A stretch of 63,424 bases of DNA, the filler included, from Folioceros fuciformis (taxonomy: Eukaryota): NCBI GenBank assembly GCA_049999805.1. It is 10 parts of 10 records of this genome, joined end to end, with 100 filler letters (N's around TTAATTAATTAA, not from the genome) between each part and the next. Parts side by side here need not be neighbours in the genome. Positions count along the whole stretch, not along the records: positions 35,374 to 46,043 come from JBNGIO010001912.1; 9 more parts are not named here. The stretch is one strand, 5' to 3'. The position numbers were made by a program, and so were the translations under genes. The notes beneath the pieces were generated by a model, which had not been told where the DNA came from, made no database searches, and saw only the letters and a program-made list of their open reading frames with translations. Each line of letters begins with the position of its first letter. Position 1 is the first letter of the stretch. Below are positions 35,374-46,143 of the stretch, piece after piece.

Positions 35374-35671
35374 CCGCGGCCGCAGCGGCAGCCGCAGCCG
35401 GGGCCGCCGAGGCCGGTGCCGGGGCAGGAGCCGGGGGCTTGGCCTTGGTGAGCATCACGACCAGGAAGCCGTTGTCCGACACCTTGTTGTCCTCCATGGT
35501 GGTCTCGTCCTTGAGCACTTTGCCCTGATGGATGAGCAGCTGCTGCGCGCAAGGAAAGGCTTCCTTGCCCTGCGTCTCCTCGATCTGCTTCTTCACAGCC
35601 ATCACCGTGTCAGCGGGGTTCACCTCCATCTCGAACTGGTTCCCCCGCAGGGTCTTCACAGATATCTTCAT
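35374..35671 (-). CDS. RAD23: RAD23 ubiquitin receptor, N-terminal UBL domain (partial, cut by contig end)
   Basis: [69 protein letters not shown] plus Ala/Pro linker. Confidence 0.95.
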
Positions 35672-36214
35672 GGCGGCCGACGCCGACGCTGCCGCTGCCG
35701 CTCCCTTGTCGGTGCGCCCCCGCCCTCGTCCCCTGTTGCTGCTTGCGCGAATGTAAACCCTCTCAGCAGGCCACTGCAGTATGCCTCCGCGTCCCAGGAG
35801 GATCAAAACCTTCCCTCGAGGCCAGCCTCGCTACGCAAGCCACGGGAGGAAAGAAACACCAGCAAAGCCAGCAAAGGAAAGAAAGCCAGGCAAAGACACG
35901 CCAAAAAGATCTCGCATAACACTAGGGTCTACACACCCGCTCAAACACCCCTATCTCTAGACCCGCTCGCATCCTTCCTTCGCCTTCGACAAGGGCATCG
36001 TACATGCAACACTAGTTTATATATCTATTTTCCGCTCGCTAATGTACACTTTGAAATTAACAACCAATCACTATCATCAAAACTAAATAAAATGCTCTCA
36101 AGGGACAATACTCTTCATAACTAAATCTCAGTACTTTACTAACTAACCTAACAATTCCATGTATGTACGAGCCAAGGTTCAGGCCCAACATTAAAGGGTT
36201 CGGAATACAAGTTA

Positions 36215-36560
36215 TGGTTGGAGATTGATGTGATCGAACTTCAAGTGCACGAGTTATGTCTGGAGATTGATGTGATTCAACTTCAGGTGCACGAGATATG
36301 GCTGGAGATTGATGTGATCGAACTTCAGGTGCATGAGCTATGGTTGGAGATTGATGTGATCGAACTTCAGGTTTTGGAGCCCAAGATTGCCTGAAGGTTG
36401 ATGTGATCCAAAATAGGATCAAACAAGTTTGAACTTCAGGTGCACGAGCGACCAAAGAAGTTTGAACTTCAAGTGCACCAGCTATGACTGGAGATTGATG
36501 TGATCGATCTTCAGGTTTTGGAGCCCAAGATTGCCCGAAGGTTGATGTGATCCAAACTAA
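36215..36560. repeat. 42-bp minisatellite with a higher-order duplication
   Basis: TGGAGATTGATGTGATCGAACTTCAGGTGCACGAG.. units; longer block repeated at about 36345 and 36489. Confidence 0.9.
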
Positions 36561-36931
36561 TACCAAACAAGTCTAATAAATGAGATGATTTAACATCCTT
36601 CATGAAGCCTTTTAACTTTCGAAGGATTCTAATATAGAGTATATATTGATTACATGGAAAAATATATTAACAGCAATATTACGACAGGACTTACCATATA
36701 TAGACTCGTGGTATGTATGTACAGTACCTATGTAGTGAATCACGGTCCGTTCTAGGGCTCTGTCTCTGAACTTCGGATCCTGGGTTACAGGCGTAACAAC
36801 TCTTCACCGTTTTCTTGGGTACATTTTGTCGGGGAGGGCCAACAGCAACTGTAGGACGAGTGGGTGTGTGGAAGCTCTCCCGAGACGCCATGGCCGGCCA
36901 CTTGCGATCGTCGGATGCTCGGATTAGTTCC

Positions 36932-38143
36932 ATGTCGGAGCGACATTTCGTGCATCGTTTTATGCGGGCACTGGCCTTGGCCGCGGGGATTGTGGTGGTG
37001 CTATCGCTGGCGTCAGGCTGCGAAGCTCGTAAGATCGGACCTCCATAGCTTCAGTGTGTGTTTGCTTTTGCCATCCACGTCTGGAGTAGTAAGTAGCACG
37101 AGCATCGGTGGTGAGCATGAAAATGCTGGATTCCTAGATCTAGATGCTCGAAAGCAGAAGCAGCAGGGAACTGGTGGCGAACGGGAGACAGGATTCCGTG
37201 TCTTTGTGGCTAGTTGTGGCTGCTGGAAGCTTGGAGACTGTGACTGCTACAAGCAAGCTTGTTTGGCATCTGTCGTGTCTTTTGAAAGTGGTTGCTGGAA
37301 GGATGTGGCGTGCCTCTGAAGGAAGGTGGAGGAGGCTGTCGCTTGTGTTAGGATGTGTTTTGTGGCGAAAAGTAGTTCGCGGGGATGAACGTCGTTGACT
37401 GAACTTGTGCTTTTGCGTAATAGAAGGGACTCAGATTCTGAAATGTGCTCGTCTTTACTGAGAAGATAGAGTTCTTAGCACATGGCCTGGCTTCCGGGCC
37501 AGCTGCTTCTACTTGCTGGGAGACTGTGTGATCAAATACTTTTACTTCAGAGAAGTAACGTTTCTCCCTGTCTATTGTGGCAGAAATTAGTGTCAACGCC
37601 ACGCAGAACGATATAGACCTTCTGAATGGCATCAACGTGTACAGGGGGAACATAAGCCTGCCACCTCTGGACATGAACCCTGGAGGACAATGTCTGGCAA
37701 GCCGGCTTGCATCTTATTACCGCACCACTGCCTGCACCAACACCACAGCGCAATACAGTGTGCCAGACTCTTCCACCTATACCGGCTATGACGAATCTAT
37801 ACAGTATTGCCGCATTCTACCACAAAATGTTGAAGACGCAAAAATCTTGCCTGTGTGTGTGGATGACGCCCTTGTCGCTTCAGCTTTGCCCTTCTACACT
37901 ACAAGTCAACAAGTGGGATACCAAGCAGCGATCAACTCATCCCTTTATGTGTCAGCTGGAATTAGTTCGGCCGGCGACTACTTCTTCGTCATCCTGGGTA
38001 CCGCTGGTGCCAGTGGAAGTTTGGGTCAGAATGCGGTGCCGAACCTAGCAGAGGGTTCCACGAGCTTTTCCTTGCTGTTCGTCCTAAAGCAGTTTATCCT
38101 GGGTCTAGTGGCGTTCTATTGCTCTACAGGTGGGGAATTTTAG
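36932..38143 (+). CDS. Secreted, probably GPI-anchored protein, At3g06035/At5g19250 family; exons 36932-37028 and 37584-38143
   Basis: Signal-peptide exon, phase-1 GT-AG intron, LLNGINVYR..CLASRLA..CTNTT motif, hydrophobic C-terminus. Confidence 0.85.
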
Positions 38144-40798
38144 CCCTAGCCTGAAACTCACAACATATTGTGAGACTGGTATACAGCATCAATACCACAT
38201 TCTTTAGGCCCCTCATCGGGCTCTACCGTGCTGTTATGTACCGATAGTCTTGTTGTAATAAGGTTGATGGTCACGGAAACTACTGCCTACAATCCAAGGG
38301 TTCGCAGTTCCTCCTTATGGCTACAGAGTGAGAAGTAGTGGAGAAACCATTTTGAAGCTCTTCCGAAACCATTTTGAAGCTCTTCCATCTGCTTGGAAAG
38401 ACTAGCCGAACTTCCTGGAAAAGTTGGTCCTCTCGTTTCAGCAATTGTGACATTTATTTGGTGGACCCGGGTGGTGGCATTAGACTTATGTATTGTGAAC
38501 ACGAAACTTAACACTCTTTCAGCGTACATTTCTCAATAAAGAACCGGGAAAGCTTGTTGAATCTTTCAATCTTTGCGACTAGGTGAGGTGGTAGTTGTCA
38601 CGTTTCCTCTGCTGGCGATCCCTGATTTGCCTGACCTTCTCAGTGCCCATGTTGAAAGCCGCGGCTGCCACTTGCTACGGAAAGTTGTGGTACACCGTGC
38701 TCTGCCTCAACAAATGGCCTGCACAAGTTCACGCACACACTTGTAAGCTGCGTACATGATGCGTCCGATGCCACCTGTAAGCGAATCACCAGGATAAAGA
38801 CGTCGTTCAAAGAAGTACCTGGAAAAGGGACAAGTGGAGCATCTGTTGTGTATCCCTCCCACATCCGCAGGACTGAACTACCACCGTCCGGCATGATTGT
38901 TTTCTTTTGTACTGAAGGGCTCTTTAAGCTCTTATTACTTCTACTGTTTCTGCAAGTGCTCCACTTTCCCAGCTTCGCCTCCCGCACAGAGCCCAATGAT
39001 TTCCCATCACCATTCTTGTTTTCTGGACTGTTAAGAACACCCTGGAACTAGGATCTGTGGTCAGAACTGTTTGAACTGTGGACGGGCTCTTTCTACTTCT
39101 GCGGCCAGTGCCACTTTGAATGAAGGGATGGATGGACCACCTGCGTATCTTCAACTGGGAATGTACCTTATGCGATGGATGGCCGCAGAACTTCTTCAGA
39201 ACGCAGAGCTTTACTGGAGCTGCGGTGACGAACGGTTTGCTGGTGACAGGTACTCACTTTTGATGCTGCAGTGTTGAACCCAATAGATAGCTGCAGTATG
39301 GCTACACAGGGTTCCTTAGCTGCCTTAGGCAATCGCTCTGCCTTGTGGTATTGCTAGGCTATCTAAAACTAAGCTACCCGACTCAGTTGCGAGAATGGTG
39401 AGCTGCAGAGCCTTGTAGAGTAGTCCTGCTTGCACAAACAGCGATTCCGATTGCATCCATCACCATAAAGTCATTCATGTCGCACGAGATTGTGGATCGG
39501 ATTGCAGAAGAAGTGGTGAAGTCCAAGTAAAGGATACAGGAGTCGGAGTTTGTTCAGAAAGCTTCTGGCAGGAACGGTGCTCACCTCGAATGCGTGAGCA
39601 AGCCCATCCCTCTCTCCCCCACCGTCCTTCTCCTCCCCAATTAATCGCACGCTACCGGATCGTCATCCTGGCCAGTTGCATGCTGACATCCCTCTGGGTC
39701 CTGAAGCCACTCCAAGCCTCGATGCCTGCTCCATCACACCGAGAAAGCTCCCGGTGATCCCCCAACTAGGTTGAACTCAACTGTCAAGGCAGCAACGACG
39801 GCCACACACGCCGTGCCATTCATCTGTTTACGTCCAAGGTTTACACAAAATGAAGTTTCGGTCACAAGCCACGGGAGCTGATGAGAACCTCGTCATCCTA
39901 CTTCTGTAAGCCATGGGGAGCAGATGATGCCTTCAGGCACTTCCACACTCTGTTGTGCATGACTTCAGAACAGCCTTGCATGAAATTTGAAGGAAGCCGA
40001 ATCATGCTCGAGAATCGTGCGTTACGAAGCACTTGAATATATCTGAGACTGAGAGTCACGACACGAACGTGGTACCGACTTCTTTGAGGACTTCCAGCTG
40101 TTCTTCTGGACACAACGTTCATTCTTCTGGAGACAACGTTCATTCTTGAGCTCGCTCAGGAGAGAGCGCCGTGGTGGTACAAACTGGTCTCGGCCGTTGT
40201 CACTCAATGCAAGTCTGTGACAGCTTGCCGCTTGTTGGCCCATTGGATAAATGAATAAATAAAGGAGAGTATGGACATATCCCCTTAAACCAATCGGAGA
40301 AGAGAGAAATTAAAGTGGATTCAAGGCTGTTTCCGGTCTCACAGCGCCAGGCGTGTGCGCCGTTGTTACCAGGAGATGACGCAAGTTTCGAGTTGCGCGT
40401 CTGATCGTTGCGCTACATAGTGGCAGGGACTCGTATGCACATCCACACATGGGAGCCTGAATATTCATTTCTAACAGGTAGTGGCTTTCCACATCGGTTT
40501 TCTACGTTACAGAGAACTCGAGTCCGGCTCCGCCAAGCTGTCTTTCCTGCAGAAGGATGCTACAGAAATCCTGTCCGCGTCGACAGGCGGCAAGGGATGA
40601 AAGCGAGGACAGGGCAGCGCAGCATTACGTGGAACACGCGATGTCGCCCAGACTGCCAAGGGGGGACTAAGGCACGCTGACAGCTGCCTGCTGCAACTTC
40701 GCACTACGTGCTTTCACTTGAAGGCACTTCAAGTGACAGCAAGAAGCGTCAGTTTCCACGCACCAGCTGATGGTTGGTGCCGGTACCGATCTCCTGGC

Positions 40799-41618
40799 TC
40801 ACCACGGCCAGGACATGATCAAATAAGCTCCCAAAGCCAAGCCTGCTATGACGAGAGAAGCCTCCTTAGCCTGTGCACCATTGGGAGGCCCGGATCCGAC
40901 TGGTGAGCTGGAACCCGGGCCGGAGCCGAGGCCGGAGCCGAGGCCCGGATTGGAGCCCCCGGACGGCGGCGGGGAGGTGCAGTTGGGCTGCACCACCACA
41001 ACCAGCCAGGACGAAGAGGACGCCATTCCCACCTTGGTAATCAGGCCGTTGGTGAGAGCGCCACCACATGTCGAGGAGGCATTGGCACCTGAAGTGTAGA
41101 AGGCGAGCAGCTGCGGCAGCGCTATGATGCCCCCCGGGGTGCATACCGCGCACGCATCGTACGAGCAGCCGATGGGCGAGATCGGGCAGCCCGTGAAATT
41201 GGTTGGGGACGGCAGCTCCACGGGGTAAGGCCCCGTGATGATACTACAGGGCGGGAAGACGTAAGTGCTAACATACGTCTGCGCCAGACACTGATCCCCC
41301 GCATCCTGTGACACAGTCGGCAATCCCTTGGACGTTCTATAGACGTTGATGCTGTTGAAAAAATCCGACTGCGTATCTGCAACAGGGGAAAACCCGCACA
41401 TGAGGAAATGGAATGCACATACCACAACAGCGGCATGAGAACTGCAAGCAGCAGCACACAATCCCCTACCCTGCCTCAACACTTGCAACCGACAAGGTCT
41501 TGCAACAAAACGCGCAACGCAGGAAAATCAAGTTACCGGCAACAGAGAAGCTTGGGAGCAAGGTGGCCATGCAAACCAGCAGCAGCAGCGAGAAAATGCG
41601 CGATCGGCAGGGCGCCAT
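40799..41618 (-). CDS. Divergent paralogue of the same GPI-anchored family; exons 41618-41537 and 41376-40799
   Basis: MAPCRSRIFSLLLLVCMATLL signal peptide, phase-1 intron, FFNSINVYR..CLAQ..C, Gly/Ser/Pro spacer, hydrophobic tail. Confidence 0.82.
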
Positions 41619-42939
41619 GATTCTTGGAGCAGCAAGCGAACTCGAGCGAGCAAGTAACCCTGAAAGGCGGCAACGTCACCCTCACTCAACAAATGGGAGC
41701 GGCAGACAAGAAACGCGTCTGAATCCGCCGGATCTGGATCCGGCTGTGCATAACCCGTATCTTCACAATGCGATGACTGGTGAGCACGATTAGTGCTATC
41801 CACAGAGGCCGAACTGGAAAGCACCTCCGACGTGCTCCATCCCTGTGACAGCCGTCCACACTGCACCCGAAAAAGAGCACCGTCATAAGGCCGCTGACGT
41901 GTTATAGCGCGCCATCATTTACATTTCCTTCTGGTAAACTCTTCAATAAATTGTACGACATGCGTGGGTGGATCGTCATTCACCAGGAGGAGAAGGGAAG
42001 GGTTCACGGAATTGTAATTTAAAAAACATGGGAAAGAGGAATATCAGAAAGGTAATTAAGATTCATATAAAATCGGAAAACGAGAAAAACCATCCACGCA
42101 TCACGAACAAGGGAAACACCCAACCAAGCGTTTAAAAGAAATGCACCAGACCAAGAGGAGGCTAAATGACGAGCAAGACTCACGTGTCGAGGAAAACATT
42201 ATGTTAGTGGGTCCGAGTCAAGTTCAGCCTAGGGAGCTTGGGGAAGCCGAAATCTGACAGACGACAACATCGTGGATTCACGAGGTCCACAGTATGGCCA
42301 AGCTTGGCTACGGGAGGAAAGGTTGACAGGTTTCCCTGCGTCTTCCTCGGCGAAGGGAAATAGCCTGCAGCACGTTGAAGAGGCAAGCAAACGAAGGGCG
42401 GTATTGTGTGGTGCAAGATGCCATGAACTAAACAGGGCTTCAGAAATTTTCAGTTGCGATACAAAATTGTATGCACAGGTCTCTGGCCCTTCTCGAGAAA
42501 AAGGGAAGAGCACAGGCCTGTAGATGCAAGCGAATGACGGGAATAGCGTTCTAAAATTACAAGCAGAGGAAGGATGTCATTTGCAGACCCGAAGGGCGTA
42601 CCAAGAGAGAGCTCTTCTACAGACCCCCCCAGTTCATCCTCACTCTGAATGCGCGACGGACAAACCATACAGGTCACCGCACGCTACTTCTTAAGTCACA
42701 ATCCGAGTCAGCACATGAATGGTGACCCAGACGACTCGCTCCTAAACTCGCTGCCTGAAGACCCCATGCTGGAAAACCTAAAGTGTGGACATGTGCAGCG
42801 GCATTCTTCTGGCTGCACCGCCTCAGCTGCTTCTCCCGGGAGCACCACATAACCCTCCTCCGACTGCTTACTTGAATTTTCGATGACAGTCTGGCGCTTC
42901 CACAGCTCCCGGAGACAATTCAGATCGAAGAATCTCTGC

Positions 42940-44853
42940 TCAGTCCGATCCCTTCTCCACATCCGAATCAGAGTCTGAATCAGATTCAGAAGACGACCCC
43001 GACGACGACCCGTCGCTACTAGATCCGGAGTCTGAGCTATCGGAACTGTCAGAATCTGAATCGTCATCGGCTGCCCCTGCAGCGACATTTACCTCCGCTG
43101 CATTTTCAGGCTTCACAGCCTCAGCAATGTCTGCGCCCTCGCGCCTGGGAGAGTCGTTCATAATATCCACATCCTCCTCTTCCGCTTCCACAGCCGGAGG
43201 TGGAGGTAGTAGCGGCCGCGGAACCTTGATTTTACCTGCACCCTCTTCCTTCGGAACCTTGGGAGTCCTTAATATCTTGCTCTTGCTCTTCTGCCAATTC
43301 ATCGTGATGCGGAAGATTTCAAACATGGTTCCGGTGTCCAGAGAGCTCATATCAAATTCTGCAATCCCCTGCTGCTGATCTGGCTGAGCTTGAACTTTCT
43401 TGGAAACCATAGCATAGATTATGTTCTGCCGGTCTTCTGGAAGATCCTGAACCGTGTTAGCCAGTCTGCACATCTCCTTCTGGGTGAGAACCCGAGGACC
43501 ACCGTAGGCCTTGGCAGACTTGGACCTGCCCAACCGAGGGTCGACAAGAATACCTGCCTCCGGGTCCCGCGCATTCGTACCTGGTGCAGCCTTCTTGGGC
43601 TTCGGTGGCCTGACTGACTTCCTCTCACCTTCCCCATCCAAATCAGTGGGAGGCACCTTCCTCCGTGGCTTGTGAACGCGCTTGTGCTCCTTTTCCTCGT
43701 TCCCTTGAGCTTGCACCAAGCCACCTTCGCTTACAGCTCGCACATTCACTGAAGCCTGTCTGTTTGCCAGACCTTCAACCTTGAGTGACGGCACTGGAGG
43801 AGGAGCAGGAGGCGCAGCAGCCGGCGGAGGAGGGCGAACTGGGGGGTTGGCCACTCTCCGCTCCACAGCACGAAACTTCGAGTCAAACTTGGCCTTCAAC
43901 CTCTTGGCAGCCTGGTAAAAATCCGACGTCTTGTTGTTGTACTTCATAGCATTGGAGAAGGTAAGCCTTACGTCCCTGGCACACTCCCTGGGATGCACAT
44001 ACTCCCTTGACTCAAGCCTGGACATCACGGTACCCAGATCCATCGGCTCCTTGATCAATTGGTAGTAATCTACCAGCCCGGGCCACAAGACAGAGACAGG
44101 CTGCATGAACCCCCACGCCGCACTATCCTGGGACAAGTCAGACAAGATATCCAAGCACTGCTGCCAAACAGCGGGATCAATGTCCTCCAGAGGTTTCCAG
44201 CGCTTGGGACTCGGAGGACCTGGTGTGGGGATCCCGGCCTGAAACTTCCTCTTCCCATCCAGCGCTCGTTCCCCACTGTGCTCCCAAGCGACCTCCGGTC
44301 GCTCGTAAGCCAGATCGCCTTCCCCTGCAATGAACTCCCTCGGCTGCGCCGCATCCTTGTCTCGGGAGAGAGGCAGGCCCTTTTTCCTCCTACCCGGCTG
44401 CAAATGTGCCTGGTCGTGGGACGACTCGTTGCTCCCACCACAATCATCAGTCATCCCGGCTCCCACGCCACGGCGCTCCCGCTCCATGGTAAACACCTCT
44501 GCACCGGCATGGCCCACCGACTCATGCTCCACATCGTTCCCCCTGGCGCCTGCTCCCACTCCCGAGCTCTGCCTGGACATAGAAGGCGCCCTGGGCCCAC
44601 GAGCTTCCCCTGCCGGTTCTTGCACACCTGCAGAATCCCCGTGCACTGCCGACACCGCCGCATCACTGCCAAAGTTGTTCCTCGAGTCGTGCGAGGACGT
44701 GGGTTCAGCTGCAACGAGAGTTCTGATCCTGGCGCACGCACGGGCATGCAGTTCCAGCAGCTGACTCAATTCCCGTCTGAGCCTTCTCCGTTTCTGCCCT
44801 CTATTTTCCGTCACCGTGCTAGACGGCTCTGCGCTCATATCGCTGCCATCCAT
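42940..44853 (-). CDS. GTE: BET/GTE-family bromodomain + ET-domain protein (637 aa)
   Basis: AWGFMQPV..LVDYYQLIKEPMDLGTV..DVRLTFSNAMKYN; ET domain LTQKEMCRLANTVQDLP..EFDMSSLD..; EEDVDI; Ser/Asp tail. Confidence 0.93.
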   Translation of the reverse strand: MDGSDMSAEPSSTVTENRGQKRRRLRRELSQLLELHARACARIRTLVAAEPTSSHDSRNNFGSDAAVSAVHGDSAGVQEPAGEARGPRAPSMSRQSSGVGAGARGNDVEHESVGHAGAEVFTMERERRGVGAGMTDDCGGSNESSHDQAHLQPGRRKKGLPLSRDKDAAQPREFIAGEGDLAYERPEVAWEHSGERALDGKRKFQAGIPTPGPPSPKRWKPLEDIDPAVWQQCLDILSDLSQDSAAWGFMQPVSVLWPGLVDYYQLIKEPMDLGTVMSRLESREYVHPRECARDVRLTFSNAMKYNNKTSDFYQAAKRLKAKFDSKFRAVERRVANPPVRPPPPAAAPPAPPPVPSLKVEGLANRQASVNVRAVSEGGLVQAQGNEEKEHKRVHKPRRKVPPTDLDGEGERKSVRPPKPKKAAPGTNARDPEAGILVDPRLGRSKSAKAYGGPRVLTQKEMCRLANTVQDLPEDRQNIIYAMVSKKVQAQPDQQQGIAEFDMSSLDTGTMFEIFRITMNWQKSKSKILRTPKVPKEEGAGKIKVPRPLLPPPPAVEAEEEDVDIMNDSPRREGADIAEAVKPENAAEVNVAAGAADDDSDSDSSDSSDSGSSSDGSSSGSSSESDSDSDSDVEKGSD

Positions 44854-46143
44854 TCAATGCTACAGGGGGTAAGGAAGATGGGAAGGAAGCTTTCTGGCAG
44901 GGGCAAGAGACAAGCGTACTGACTGAAATCCTACTTCGTCAGAATGCGTGACATGACATCAACCACAGGGCGGAGCAACCAAGACAGGGCTACAGTCGAG
45001 CAAGCCAGGCAGGCAACCGACGCCGCAGTGGCAGGCCCGCAGCCTCAATTTACAAGTAAAAACATTCCGCGCCGAGCAGGCAGCGGGCACAGCCAAACAG
45101 AGTTGCGACCACAGGAAGCCCGAAGGACACCCAGGCCACACACAGGTAATTGAACAATCCTCATAAGTATGGTCCATTGAATTCACATTGCACGTTAACA
45201 GTCACCAGGATCAGCGCAGAGGCCATACCCTGTACCAAGGAGGCCAAATAACTTGTGTGACAGACACGGAAGAAACGAGTGAGTACCTAGACGAAGGAGG
45301 GATGACCAACAACGGCCCAGATCTCCACAGCAATCCCTATTTCCACCCTGATCCCGGGCACCCATTCAGCTCCCACAAACTACAGCTCAACCCCCTCAGC
45401 CCCGGATCTACAACCTCAGCTCAGATCAATGTAAGAGCCAAATTCCCTCCACAGCTCCACCTACTCTCACGCACGCAGCTCCCAACGACTGCACTGCACT
45501 GCACCCCCCGAGCTGCAGGAGCCCGGGCCTCAAATCTGCCTCCCAGAGCCCTAACCCGCCACCGAAAACCTAAAATCCAGCTGCGAAGACTGCGGCCCGG
45601 ACGGACCAGCAGGCGGGCGCGCCAGGCAGCACAGGGCGGGCCTGGCGCTCAGATCCCGCATGCACAGGCCAGGAGCAGGAGCCCCGGTGGCGCCTTCCAG
45701 CTGAGCGCGGCGGCCAGGGGCGTGGCCCCTCCAGCCCCGCCCGCCACTGGCGCAGAAGCGGCTCCGCTTCGCGGCTCGCTGGGCCGCTTAATCCCTGGAC
45801 CGAATCTCGGAGCAGAGCAACCCTGAGGGCATCAGGGCCAGAGACGCGGGGCGCGGCGGGGACAGGGGTTTGAGAAGCAGAGGGAGAGGGAAGGGAAAGG
45901 GAGAGGGAGAAGGAAGAGCAGAGAGACAGTGGAGCCTGAAGCTAGAGTCGGTGTGTATTTATACATGGCGCACGGAACTTCCCGCTGTTACCGCGCCGCA
46001 GGTGACATCAGTTACCCCCTTCTCCCCACCCCCCCTTGCAATGNNNNNNNNNNNNNNNNNNNNNNNNNNNNNNNNNNNNNNNNNNNNTTAATTAATTAAN
46101 NNNNNNNNNNNNNNNNNNNNNNNNNNNNNNNNNNNNNNNNNNN

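Noticed and set aside
44059..44922. Long antisense ORFs over GTE (also over the 929-aa ORF, XS gene, RAD23 and RLK)
   Set aside because: Shadows of GC-rich coding strands
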